Assembly: GCF_006345805.1 (NCBI RefSeq)
Contig: NC_043000.1
Location: forward strand, 13,392,001 to 13,456,000
Direction of reading: 5' to 3'
Length of the DNA stretch: 64,000 nucleotides
DNA from: Octopus sinensis
Taxonomy: Eukaryota
This document shows positions 22,468 through 35,905 of this stretch, one piece after another (the stretch's first letter is position 1; each line of letters starts with the position of its first letter). A model generated the notes under the pieces. The model saw nothing but the letters and a program-made list of their open reading frames with translations. It was not told where the DNA came from and made no database searches. A program made the translations under genes and the position numbers.

Positions 22468-24748
22468 ACTAAGCAATAAGGGTTCAGCAACGAATTGCCT
22501 TACCACATACCGAATTTAGAAATAGCAGTCAAAGGGTTATAGCTATTTCTTCTACTAAAAAGGGAGATCTCAGTAAAAACAGCAATTGGAAGGCTGACAC
22601 AAACAGGTAAGAGAGAATGAATTAACCGCAATCTATCAAACATTTTTAAAGTTATCCACGGACGTACGTTTCGAAATCAAGTTTTAGGAAAGCATAAGAA
22701 TTAAAATATTAAATATTAAATAATTCTATCTTACCGAACTTCTTTTTCTTTCAGCGTGGAATACTATAATCATAAATGATTATATATTGAATTTTGAGAT
22801 ACTAGGAGGTACCAACTCAACTCAGTATCAGAGCGAGCTAGAATCCTCAACTAGTATCACCGAATTCAAATTTGTGAATGAAACGATTGTGTCAACAGCC
22901 CCTTCCCACCGCGTGTAGCCAAAACAAGATGCTGTGGTCATCTACTGAGATAAAATATGGTTATCCGTAATAATGAAGGGTGAAATTAATTAATTTGGAA
23001 TAATTATCAATTACACCAAGTAGTCTTCGGCATGTAAAAGCCTCATTTGAGGAAAATTTAAGTAATACTAAGCAATAAGGGTTCAGCAACGAATTGCCTT
23101 ACCACATACCGAATTTAGAAATAGCAGTCAAAGGGTTATAGCTATTTCTTCTACTAAAAAGGGAGATCTCAGTAAAAACAGCAATTGGAAGGCTGACACA
23201 AACAGGTAAGAGAGAATGAATTAACCGCAATCTATCAAACATTTTTAAGTTATCCACGGACGTACGTTTCGAAATCAAGTTTTAGGAAAGCATAAGAATT
23301 AAAATATTAAATATTAAATAATTCTATCTTACCGAAACTTCTTTTCTCTTCAGCGTGGAATACTATAATCATAAATGATTATATATTGAATTTTGAGATA
23401 CTAGGAGGTACCAACTCAACTCAGTATCAGAGCGAGCTAGAATCCTCAACTAGTATCACCGAATTCAAATTGTGAATGAAACGATTGTGTCAACAGCCCC
23501 TTCCCACCCGCGTGTAGCCAAAACAAGATGCTGTGGTCATCTACTGAGATAAAATATGGTTATCCGTAATAATGAAGGGTGAAATTAATTAATTGGAATA
23601 ATTATCAATTACACCAAGTAGTCTTCGGCATGTAAAAGCCTCATTTGAGGAAAATTTAAGTAATACTAAGCAATAAGGTTCAGCAACGAATTGCCTTACC
23701 ACATACCGAATTTAGAAATAGCAGTCAAAGGGTATAGCTATTTCTTCTACTAAAAAGGGAGATCTCAGTAAAAACAGCAATTGGAAGGCTGACACAAACA
23801 GGTAAGAGAGAATGAATTAACCGCATCTATCAAACATTTTTAAAGTTATCCACGGACGTACGTTTCGAAATCAAGTTTTAGGAAAGCATAAGAATTAAAA
23901 TATTAAATATTAAATAATTCTATCTTACCGAAACTTCTTTTCTCTTCAGCGTGGAATACTATAATCATAAATGATTATATATTGAATTTTGAGATACTAG
24001 GAGGTACCAACTCAACTCAGTATCAGAGCGAGCTAGAATCCTCAACTAGTATCACCGAATTCAAATTGTGAATGAAACGATTGTGTCAACAGCCCCTTCC
24101 CACCCGCGTGTAGCCAAAAAAGATGCTGTGGTCATCTACTGAGATAAAATATGGTTATCCGTAATAATGAAGGGTGAAATTAATTAATTTGGAATAATTA
24201 TCAATTACACCAAGTAGTCTTCGGCATGTAAAAGCCTCATTTGAGGAAAATTTAAGTAATACTAAGCAATAAGGGTTCAGCAACGAATTGCCTTACCACA
24301 TACCGAATTTAAAATAGCAGTCAAAGGGTTATAGTTATTTCTTCTACTAAAAAGGGAGATCTCAGTAAAAACAGCAATTGGAAGGCTGACACAAACAGGT
24401 AAGAGAGAATGAATTAACCGCATCTATCAAACATTTTAAAGTTATCCACGGACGTACTTTCGAAATCAAGTTTTAGGAAAGCATAAGAATTAAAATATTA
24501 AATATTAAATAATTCTATCTTACCGAAACTTCTTTTCTCTTCAGCGTGGAATACTATAATCATAAATGATTATATATTGAATTTTGAGATACTAGGAGGT
24601 ACCAACTCAACTCAGTATCAGAGCGAGCTAGAATCCTCAACTAGTATCACCGAATTCAAATTTGTGAATGAAACGATTGTGTCAACAGCCCCTTCCCACC
24701 CGCGTGTAGCCAAAACAAGATGCTGTGGTCATCTACTGAGATAAAATA
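22468..24748 (-). repeat. ~597-bp tandem array (~3.8 units), one hammerhead per unit
   Basis: Unit starts (ACTAAGCAATAAG) at 22468, 23067, 23665 and 24261. Units differ mostly by homopolymer indels; (TA)n on both flanks. Confidence 0.95.
23253..23359 (-). ncRNA. Type I hammerhead, unit 2 (intact; unit 3 copy 23849-23955 also intact)
   Basis: Minus strand reads TCCACG-CTGAAGA-GAAA...(76-nt domain II)...TTTC-GAAAC-GTAC-GTC|CGTGGA. The unit 1 copy (22655-22760) has core CTGAAAG and the unit 4 copy (24445-24550) lacks C15.2. Confidence 0.87.
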
Positions 24749-25342
24749 TATATATAGTGTTCCTTTTAGACTTTCAGCCTGTCCCCTTGTTAGCTGTGGT
24801 TTTTCGACATTATTAGTCATCGTGTTAGTGTAAGTTCTGGAGGAGACACATAGTTTTGCGAAGTGAAGTTGTTGTGTTGTTGATGATCTCTTTGAGACAA
24901 CAAAATATAGTGTCTTTCAACGTCTTACCATCTTTGCTGAGGCTCATGTTACATTTATCAATTTGTGTTGCAATATTCCTGATGTGAAACCTTGTGATAA
25001 AACAGATATTGTTATATTTCGGGATTTTTCTTTTATTCTTTTCAGTCATTTGACTGCGGCCATGCTGGAGCACCGACTTTTAGCCGAACAAATTGACCCC
25101 AGGACTTGTTCTTAGTAAGCCTAGTACTTATTCTATCGGGCTCTTTAGCCGAACCGTTACGGGCACGTAAACACACCAACATCGGTTGTCAAGCGATGGC
25201 GGGGGACAAAACAGACACAGACTCACACACACACACACACACACACACACGCATATACATATACATATATATACATATATATATATATATATAGGTTGCA
25301 AATTCACGTCAGCTGACGATAAACATAGGATAATTCATTCAC

Positions 25343-25383
<41 letters not shown>

Positions 25384-25387
<4 letters not shown>

Positions 25388-25603
25388 AAGTAGATAAATG
25401 AATTATCTTATTACGGATAATTCAAATGATAACCGATACCTGGGTAGCAAAAATCACAACAGAAAAAGCACGGTTGAAGTTACGACCATGGGGCATAATA
25501 ACCGTGCCTTAGTGCGGAAATTTGAAGTTTTATATATTAAGTGTAGGAAAAAATGGAGCTGAACGAAGATTTAACAAAATTCCTTTATATTATTTTCTAC
25601 ACT
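25384..25603 (-). mobile_element. Diverged solo copy of the Penelope pseudo-LTR
   Basis: The reverse complement aligns with 16437-16660 (TCTTCGTTCAGCTCCATTT, CAACCGTGCT, GTGATTTTTGCTACC.AGGTATCGGTTA). (TA)n flanks. Confidence 0.8.
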
Positions 25604-25649
25604 TTTTTCCTACACTTATATATATATATATATATGACGGCTTCTTTTT

Positions 25650-25970
25650 GCGGTTTCGATTCCCAGACCGGGCGTTTTGAGTGTTTATTGAACGAAAACA
25701 CCTAAAGCCCCACGAGGCTCCGGCAGGGGGTGGTGGCGAACCCTGCTGTTCTCCTTCACCACAACTTTCTCTCACTCTTCCTGTTTCTGTTGTACCTATA
25801 TTTCAAAGGTCCACCCTTGTCACACTCTGTGTCACGCTGAATATCCCTGAGAACTATGTTAAGGGTACATGCGTTTGTGGAGTGCTCAGCCACTTGCACG
25901 TTAATTTCATGAGCAGGCTGTTCCGTTGATCGAACTGGGAACCCTCGTCGTCGCAGCCGATGGAGTGCCA
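25650..25970 (+). mobile_element. Family B SINE, 5'-truncated and diverged
   Basis: Alignment by eye to 4113-4494. Confidence 0.8.
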
Positions 25971-25985
25971 CGATAATATATATAC

Positions 25986-26022
<37 letters not shown>

Positions 26023-27029
26023 TACATATGTGGAAAATCGGTGTGTGCTTGTTTGTGGCATTGTTAGCTAACGCCTCCCACATCGTTTTATCAATTTTGA
26101 TGAAACTTGACACGTGAGTAGAACTCATGTCTGGAAAACTCGTGACATACTTAGATTGCTGAAATAATTTGATAATAGGGCCCCTGGAAGGGATCCTTAT
26201 ATCTACTAGATATAGCTAATATATTTTATTTAAACACCCAAGGGAAATAACCCATAGTACTTGCACTTACAATCGTCAGTTCTTAGCGAAGCGATCAATA
26301 TTTGATTCCCACGATCAGCGGACCTAATTCTGCATTTCACTACTCAGTTTTGAACTGCTAAACCTTATTATTGCACTTTCTTGACTTGAATCTTAAACCT
26401 TAAAGACTTCATTCATACATTTATATGCATGCACACTTTGTTGCTCTTATATATACTACAATTATATATTAGCTTTAATAAATTAGTCTTAATAAAGTTA
26501 ACCTTTCAAATGCCACGACGAGTAGGAGTACAAGTCGGTACTTTTACTTCACGAGCTGCTCTAATGCGACAACGGTAATCTCAAGTAAGTCTTCGATTCA
26601 TTATATTTGATATTTACCAAATCAAACGATTATTCTTCGTCTATTTTACATCAATATCTAAACAGTTATATACATATTGCTGCAATTAATTTAGACATTG
26701 CATTTATAGACATTTCTCAACATCTCCAAATAACTAAATGCTGGCAATGCATGCAGGGTTTTCAATTAAATTTGATTATACTTTGAATGCCCATAACTCC
26801 GATAATTCTGCATTTTTCCAGTTAAACTTTTTCGATGACAGTAGAAAAATTTTTGATTCCAGATCGTATTTAATAAGTGTATCCCAATCCTGCTTTTTCT
26901 CACGGACAGCTCTATGTCGGATGATCTAGAGTTGGAAATCCAGAAAATTTATTAATCTATGCACCCAACAGCAAAATCAAAAACATTGTGTATCACGAAA
27001 CCCTGCAAGACTGAAATTTTGGAACAAAT

Positions 27030-27262
27030 ATGCCTCTCCCTCTGACAACCTCTCTTGCCAACCTCCGACAACCTATCTCCACAGCTTTCAACGATCTCTC
27101 TCGACAACCTCTGACAATCTCTCTCAACAGCTTTCAACAATCTCTTTCGCCAACCTCCGACAGTCTCTCTCACCAACCTCCGACAACCTCTCTCGCCGAG
27201 CTCCGACAATCTTTCTCGCCAACTTCCGAAAACCTCTCTCATCGACCTCCGACGATTTCTCT
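27030..27262. repeat. Degenerate ~22-bp minisatellite (CCAACCTCCGACAACCTCTCTC-like)
   Basis: About 10 recurring CTCCGACAA/CTCTCTC units. Confidence 0.75.
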
Positions 27263-28383
27263 CTCCTCCAGCTGACAGTTTTTTTTTTGCACTTTCCGCG
27301 ACGGAAAATACACCTTTTGCGGCAGTTATAACGACATTTTTTTTTTTTTTATCAGAGTAATAAGGCGTTTAAATAGAACATCTTTACCCCCGGGAATTAC
27401 CGAGTACACCAGCTAGCACATATACATATATGAATTTTCACTACCTTGGTAAGCGAACGTTCAGATCGCATAATACTCAACACCATATTGTCAATAGATA
27501 TCTATACAAAGCTTCTCAGGACCCTGTCTCCTTCTACACCGACTGAATGAAGAAGTAATCATAGAAACATTTAGAGGCTCTGGAATATTTAACTTTCTTC
27601 TCTTCACTGCCACTTTAAACCGACAAAACTTACGCGCAAAATTCCACTTAACTCTCATTTTGCTTTTATTCCTTATCTTATTAACGATACTCTCGGCTCA
27701 TTGGGGAAATAAGATATTAATGTCTTGCCCAATGAGCGGTATTACACAAGCTACTTGTGTGAGACCACTATACTTTAACGCCTTGCCCAATGAACAACAC
27801 TACGCAAGCATCTTTGTATGAGAGTACGATTCTTTACGTCAGTAATAGCGCTGTACTTTATCAAGCTATGTCGTAGTAAATCCTCAAAGCTAAAAGGCCA
27901 TTGTGGGATCCTTTGTTACCAGATAAGATAATCTACCTAGGATTAATGTAGAATATATATGTCGTATGTATGCCATCATGCAGGAACTTTGTGATCATAT
28001 GCAAGTCAAATTCCAAGAGTAGAACTAGACGAAACAATTGGCGATTCTGATTTTACTTTGAGACTCAATACTGGTGTGGTTCTCTCTTGTCCTTCGTGGA
28101 ACCATTTGAGAATATAAACTCGTGATAACAGTACAACAGTTTAAGGCAGCGATGTGGCAGAACCGTTAGCACGCCGGGCGAAATGTGTAGCCGTATTTCG
28201 TCTGCCGCTACGTTCTGAGTTCAAATTCCGCCGAGGTCGACTTTGACTTTCATCCTTTCGGGGTCGATTAAATAAGTACCAGTTACGCACTGGGGTCGAT
28301 GTAATTGACTTAATCCCTTGTCTGTCCTTGTTTGTCCCCTCTATGTTTAGCCCCCTGTGGGCAATAAAGAAATAGATGTGGCA

Positions 28384-28574
28384 AAATCGTTAGGCGTAGG
28401 AGTGGCTGCGTAGTAAGTAGCTTGCTTACCAAACACGTAGTTCCGGGTTCAATCCCACTGTGTGGCACCTTGGGCAAGTGTCTTCTACTATTACCTCGGG
28501 CCGACCAAAGCCTTGTGAGTGGATTTGGTAAACGGAAACTGAAAGAAGCCCGTCGTATATATGTACATATATAC

Positions 28575-28605
<31 letters not shown>

Positions 28606-28830
28606 CTTGTGTGTATGTGTTTGTTGCCCCAACATTGCTTGACAACCGATGGTGGTGTATTTACGTCCCGGTAGCTTAGCAGTTCGGCAAAAGAGACCGA
28701 TAGAATAAGTACTAGGCTTACAAAGAATAAGTACTAGGCTTACAAAGAATAAGTCCTAGGGTCGATTTGCTCGACTAAAGGCGGTGCTCCAGCGTGGCCA
28801 CAGTCAAATGACTGAAACAAGTAAAAGAGT
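28384..28830 (+). mobile_element. Family C SINE with 22-bp internal duplication
   Basis: AGAATAAGTACTAGGCTTACAA is tandemly duplicated; the copy abuts a family A SINE on its left. Confidence 0.85.
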
Positions 28831-31568
28831 AAGAGAGAGTACGCCGGGCGAAATGCTTAACGGCATTTCATCCGTCTTCAAGTCCTGAGTTCAAATTCCG
28901 CCGAGGTCTACGTTGCCTTTCATGCTCTCGTGGTCGATAAAATAAGTATCAGTTGGGTAATGGACGAAATTTCCGGCTTTGGACCAAAATTCGAAACCAA
29001 CAACGCAACTGTTCTCTGCACTTCTGTGATAACAGTTTATTCTTAAATAGAACAAACTTAAAACTAAAGCTGCCTCTACGACATAGTAACCTCATTGAAC
29101 CGTTGAGAATTGAATGCTTTTCTGGTATCAAGGCACGAACTGTTCACGTCTCTCTTCGATGTCAGTAGTGATAGTAAATCAAACTAACGTCGTCGTTGCG
29201 TAACATTTGAGCTTATCCCTAATCAGCTGTCTTTTAGAAAAGTGGCGCCGTCTCACCTATTCTGTTGTCACTGAATTGAATGTCTGTGGCAATTGCTGTT
29301 CAACCGAGCAAAACTGGGTTAATTAGGGTATCATTAATATAGTGACACATGCAATTGAGTGGAGAAGAAGGGTAGAGAAACGGGAAAAGAAATGGAATTG
29401 GGCAGAAAATGAAAAAAAAAAAAGGTTGGGGAGAACAAGAAAGAAGTAATTCGTAACATTCTGAGTTCAAATTCCGCCGAGGTTGACATTGCCTTTCATC
29501 CTTTCGGGGTCGATAAATTAAGTACCAGTTACGCACTGGGGGTCGATGTAATCGACTTAATCCGTTTGTCTGTCCTTGTTTGTCCCCTCTATGTTTAGCC
29601 CCTTGTGGGTAGTAAAGAAATAAGAAGTAATTCGTAATTTTTCAAAGGCGGTGAAATAATAGAAACACTATGGAAAGGATGTCGTAATAGAGGAACTGCG
29701 GGGGTTAATGCAGGGGACTTTGAATCAGAAATTTCTAGAATTATGATTTCGATTCATTTTACTCAATTTTTTTGATGACCAGACACTCAGAGGATCATGC
29801 AGTCAGTGGTTTAGGCGCGGTGGTAACTGAGCAGGTTGGCTCTTAGAAATGTCTACATATACACATAGATCCCGAGTTCAGTCCCACTCCGTGGCACCTT
29901 GGACAAATGACTTCTACTATAGCCTCGGACCGACCAAAGTCTTGTGGGTGGGTTTAGATGGTGGAAACTAAAAGAAGCCCGTCTTATATATATATGTGTG
30001 TGTGTGTGTCTTTGTGTCTTGTTTGTCCCCCACTTACAGACTGACAGCCGGTGTTGGTGAGGTTACGTCTCCGTAAATTAGCGATTCGGCAAAAGAGACT
30101 AATAAAATAAGCATCAGGCTTTAAGCAAATATTAGTACTGTGGTCATTCATTCGACTAAAATTCAAGGCAGTGCCCCAGCATGGCTGAAGTCTAATGCCT
30201 GAAACAAGTGAATGATAAAAAGATATTTTTACAAGCATCATTTTGCTCTCGTTATTAGTGGCTCCACATGGCCTTCTTGTGGAGTCGTTGCAGGAAAGTG
30301 CTAGCAATGAAAATGGTAGCAGCGAATGCATCCAGCAATTTTGTTTATTTTTTTACAAAATTTTTAACAAAAAAGTATGGCAAACAGAACCAAGAAAAAT
30401 ATAATCTTAAATAACAATAAAAGCATCGCTACTAAGGCCTGAAATTTACTGGGGATCAATTAGGGGTGGTAGTGAGAGGCAAAATGCCTAAATAATTGCA
30501 GAATCCAGAACGCTACTGATTTGTCTCGGTTCGTTTCGATACTATATAGATGCATACATAACATGTATGTATGTGTGTGATGTGTTTATTCACCCCCCAC
30601 ACACACACACACAAACACACACACAGATATGCATATATGCTTGTTTCATTAAATACACGATTATGTTCAAGTTTTACCATTTTTATTTTAGATTTATCAC
30701 AGTTTCTTATTAGCTTTTTGAAGCTGGTTGGACACAATAACGTTCCTAAATCCACAACCTACGTTTCTAGATCTTCACAGTCTCGTTTCCAAAAAGTGAA
30801 TTGGAATATATTTGGCGTTTGTAATGTTTGTTACATACAGACTGAACGATAAACTGCCATTTTGATAGCGTTGACAGTTCAGCGCAACCATGACAACCAA
30901 CGTTACTTCTATATTAATAAGCGCGAAATTCTGTCTGTCTGGAAGCTCTGTATCTCAGTCAACATTCGTTCTGCATAGACATATTAAACCCTTTTGGGAA
31001 TCGGGATGATCCCGGGATAGAAAATCTGCCCTTCATTTGGTTCTTGAACATCCAGCATTTGAAAGCATTTGGGTTGCTATTTCAAGCAGGTAAAGCTTAG
31101 CTGATTCACGTTATCTTGGTTTCCGATTGTCATGATGTCAGAGATCAAGGGAGAGATGAATGACTTTCGCTTCGTTAATTCTACGTGGAAATAAGAACTT
31201 TGGGAAAAATCGGCCAACAGAATTCAACTTGAGATTGGAACACTTGAATGATTGCATTACAGAATTAATTCTCATCCGTCCTTAACCTCTGATCAAACAC
31301 CACCGGGGTATATAGTCACTATAGACGTATTATAGTCATGCTATCTAGTTCTCTATAGTTTGGGGACGCAGGCCCAATTAGAACTCTGCAGGAGCTAACT
31401 TAAAAGTCTGCACGGAGTGCGGCTTTTAAGCTAGTTAAAAGAAAGTTTGGAATCTGAGTCAACAGAGAGGAGTTACTACTGCATGAAATCTCCAAGCAGT
31501 TTAAATACACAAGTCTTTGATAACCAAGTGACTAAAATGTGTCAGCAGAAGGGTACCCAGGAGTCAGT

Positions 31569-31951
31569 GGAGGCGCAATGGCCCGGTGGTTAGGGCAGCG
31601 GACTCGCGGTCATAGGATCGCGGTTTCGATTCCCAGACCGGGCGTTGTGAGTGTTTATTGAGCGAAAACACCTAAAAGCTCCACGAGGCTCCGGCAGGGG
31701 ATGGTGGTGATCCCTGCTGTACTCTTTCACCACAACTTTCTCTCACTCTTACTTCCTGTTTCTGTTGTGCCTGTATTTCAAGGGGCCGGCCTTGTCACTC
31801 TCTGTGTCACGCTGAATATCCCTGAGAACTACTTTAAGGGTGCACGTGTCTGTGGAGTGCTCAGCCACTTGCACGTTAATTTCACGAGCAGGCTGTTCCG
31901 TTGATTCGGATCAACCGGAACCCTCATCGTCGTAACCGACGGAGTGCTTCC
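31569..31951 (+). mobile_element. Family B SINE
   Basis: Matches 4113-4494; TSD-like ACCCA(G/T)GAGTCA. Confidence 0.9.
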
Positions 31952-32440
31952 CACCCATGAGTCATAAGGCATTCATAGAGTGTAAGAAGTTAAAGGCCGA
32001 AACATTTGTCTGGAAGGGTATCTTCTCTGAAAACCTCTGAAGCTCTCATGAGGGTTTCTTACCACTACTGATTGAATTCATGTAGGCTTTCCCACAAATG
32101 GCTTCTTTTACTGTTAGTATCATACATCAGCAATCACGTGTTGATTGTTTGCTGCGATCAAATTTTGACCGTTAGGTTTTTTATTATTATTTTTTGTATG
32201 TCAGTAGCCACGTGCTGATCTTTTGATATGTGTGTTTGCATGTTAATTTTGGCATTATATTGTGATATGAGTAAGGTTTCCAAAATGAATCTTCTATTTT
32301 GGTGTGAAATTTCATGAAGCGTGTATTTTTCTCTAATATTTTCTTACCTAATTTCCTGTTATCTATCTATCGATCTACCTATTTATCTATCTATCTACCT
32401 ACCCACCACCCACCCACCTACCTACTACTTACCAACATAC

Positions 32441-32493
<53 letters not shown>

Positions 32494-32507
32494 AATCAAT
32501 CAATCTA

Positions 32508-32561
<54 letters not shown>

Positions 32562-32708
32562 CCTTTCTTCCTACCTACCTACATACTTAGATAAGTAGTT
32601 CTTAAATATTTATCTATCTAGCTAGCTAGATAGATAGATACCCACCTATCCATCAGTCCATTCACCCATCTATCTATTTATCTCTCTCTCTCTCTCTCGC
32701 TCTCTCTG

Positions 32709-32764
<56 letters not shown>

Positions 32765-32790
32765 CCTACCAATCTATCTATCTATCTATA

Positions 32791-32839
<49 letters not shown>

Positions 32840-32965
32840 GTCTGTCTGTCTGTCTTCTATCTCCCTCTTCCTTCCACATTGTAAGACTCTAGCTTCAGAA
32901 TCATCTATTCTGTCCCATATACTTGATAAAATCCTTCCTCTACCCTCTCCCTCCCTCCCTCCTCC

Positions 32966-33012
<47 letters not shown>

Positions 33013-33303
33013 GTCATCACTCACAACCAAATGCTCGATACGTTAGATTCCTCATAAATAGTGGCAATTAAATGTATCGAAATATATTGTGAACCTTCCT
33101 ATATATTTCTCCTCTTTCGGCTTCTACTTGAACTCTAACTAGTATGCACCTGGGGAAAATCCACGGTTATTACGTGTTCAATGTTATAGTGAATTACACG
33201 CGACAAACGGCAAACTTTATCTAAAGGGATTAATTGGGTAAGATAAAATTTCTTCTTTAGGAGTTAACAAATAATAAAATATACAAGCAACTACACACAC
33301 ACG

Positions 33304-33343
<40 letters not shown>

Positions 33344-33396
33344 ATAATATATATTATATAATATATACAATAAATATGTATATTATAGATATATGT

Positions 33397-33427
<31 letters not shown>

Positions 33428-33567
33428 CATATACATACATATATATATAATATATTATATATATTATTATATATTATATTGTAATATATATACATATATA
33501 TGTATATTATAGATATATAATACATATATATATGCACATCTATATATATATATATAGAGAGAGAGAG

Positions 33568-33632
<65 letters not shown>

Positions 33633-34122
33633 TGCACATCTACATAATATATATATACATATGTGTCCGTGTGTGTGTTTGTAGGGTGACAGTTAAACTT
33701 ACGATGCATATTTCTACTTAGAATTCAGCAAATTGAAAGACCTGTCGGAGTTTCGGCGTAATATAAAGATAGTTGGTGAAAGTACCAAATCAGATAATTG
33801 CCTTTTATTACGCGCATGTCAGAAAGCCGGCCAGGTATACTAAAACATGGAGACATTGCAGCCAATTATATTAGTAGATAGCTTCTGTTGCTTTGAACTA
33901 GCAGGCTTCATGCAATTTCCATTCAAGCCCATCATATTCGCCTCGTGTAATTTTGATGCTCAAAAGTGCAGTCGTCCGGAACACCAGCCTTCTCAAGATC
34001 TTCTCCACAGATATCGTCTTCAAAATTTCAAACGAACAACTCAAAATATCTTAGCAACCCGCGACAGCCCAGGAAAGTCATACATGTTGCTCAGATGAAA
34101 CAAAAAATAATGCATACACACT

Positions 34123-34182
<60 letters not shown>

Positions 34183-34199
34183 GCCCACACATACAGTGT

Positions 34200-34580
34200 G
34201 GGAAGCACTCCGTCGGTTACGACGATGAGGGTTCCGGTTGATCCGACCAACGGAACAGCCTGCTCGTGAAATTAACGTGTAAGTGGCTGAGCACTCCACA
34301 GACACGTGTACCCATAACGTAGTTCTCGGGGATATTCAGCGTGACACAGAGAGTGACAAAGCCGGCCCCTTGAAATACAGGTACAACAGAAACAGGAAGT
34401 AAGAGTGAGAGAAAGTTGTGGTGAAAGAGTACAGCAGGGATCACCACCATCCCTGCCGGAGCATCGTGGAGCTTTAGGTGTTTTCGCTCAATAAACACTC
34501 ACAACGCCCGGTCTGGGAATCGAAACCGCGATCCTACGACCGCGAGTCCGCTGCCCTAACCACTGGGCCATTGCGACTCC
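34200..34580 (-). mobile_element. Family B SINE
   Basis: Reverse complement of the family consensus. Confidence 0.9.
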
Positions 34581-34588
34581 ACCCACTA

Positions 34589-34634
<46 letters not shown>

Positions 34635-34980
34635 ACACACACACACACACAAATCGCAGCAATTGTTTTTCACTTCAGAACACTATATCAGTAATACAGG
34701 TACACCACCGATTTTCCAGTAGCCTTGCTTCCAAAGTGTTGAGCGATTAACAGTTTTGCCGGACCATTTGTTGTCACATAATTATAATTCATCAAAACAC
34801 TTCTCACCTACTAATTATACACGTTTTATGTCTTAAATATCACACAGCTTATACACAGAAACATCACGATTCATTTTTTTCAATGGTTTACTTTGTCACG
34901 CGTCGATATGGATTGTTGTTTACGTTTGATGCTTATCAATAGCGCCATCTTAGTTCTTTTTACTTGTAGTAGCCATAAGT

Positions 34981-35363
34981 GGAGGCGCAATGGCCCAGTG
35001 GTTAGGGCAGCGGACTCGCGGTCGTAGGATCGCAGTTTCGATTCCCAGACCGGGCGTTGTGAGTGTTTATTGAGCGAAAACACCTAAAGCTCCACAAGGC
35101 TCCGGCAAGGGATGGTGGTGATCCCTGATGTACTCTTTCACCACAACTTTCTCTCACTCTTACTTCCTGTTTCTGTTGTACCTGTATTTCAAAGGGTCGG
35201 CCTTGTCACTCTCTGTGTCACGCTGAATATCCCCGAGAACTACGTTAAGGGTACACGTGTCTGTGGAGTGCTCAGCCACTTGCACGTTAATTTCACGAGC
35301 AGGCTGTTCCGTTGATTCGGATCAACCAGAACCCTCATCGTCGTAACCGACAGAGTGCTTCCA
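34981..35363 (+). mobile_element. Family B SINE
   Basis: Matches 4113-4494. Confidence 0.9.
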
Positions 35364-35411
35364 CCCATATAAACACATGGAACACACATCACCTGTAGTC
35401 GGGCTATGAAC

Positions 35412-35905
35412 TATTAGGTTGGCAACTAAGTTACCGACATTTTTTTTAACGGTTTTATAAAAAATAACAACTAATTAATCAATAATGTATTCACCCTTGT
35501 TGTTTACAACTTCTTCCCAACGTTCAACAAGATTTTCAATACCTCGTTGGTTACTCGAAAATTTGATCCAGCCAAGCTCTCAATTCTGCATCAGTACTGA
35601 ATGAAACTCCGCGCATAGCATTTGAAAGAGATTGAAAAAGGTGGAAATCCATTGGTGCCAAATCAGGAGAGTATGGCGGGTGTGAACAGCACTTCCCAGC
35701 CATGCGTTTGAATGGCTTCCTTGGTCATATTGGCGATATGAGGGCGGGCGTTGTCGTGCAGCAGAAGAACTCTTCATGCTGACGATTAGGTCTTTTCTCT
35801 TGAATAGCCGTGTTGAGTCGTTCTATCTATTGACCGTTTGGTTCCGTTCAAGCAATTCGTAAAAGATAATCCCTTCCTAGTCCCACCATACGCACAACAT
35901 CGCGC
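35412..35905 (-). pseudogene. Mariner (DD34D-type) transposase remnant with one TIR
   Basis: Minus strand encodes MLCVWWD, LLHDNARPH, HPPYSPDLAPMDFHLF and RGIENLVERWEEV with frameshifts and stops. TIR TA|TTAGGTTGGCAACTAAG at 35412. Confidence 0.88.

Noticed and set aside
24825-25030. Possible decayed PLE RT fragment on the minus strand
   Set aside because: Only a vague resemblance with no diagnostic motif.
27716-27835. ~58-bp imperfect tandem duplication
   Set aside because: Two diverged copies only, with no structure or coding signal.
33790-34100. Unique-looking segment with short ORFs (83 and 91 aa)
   Set aside because: No recognisable domain or consistent splice sites.
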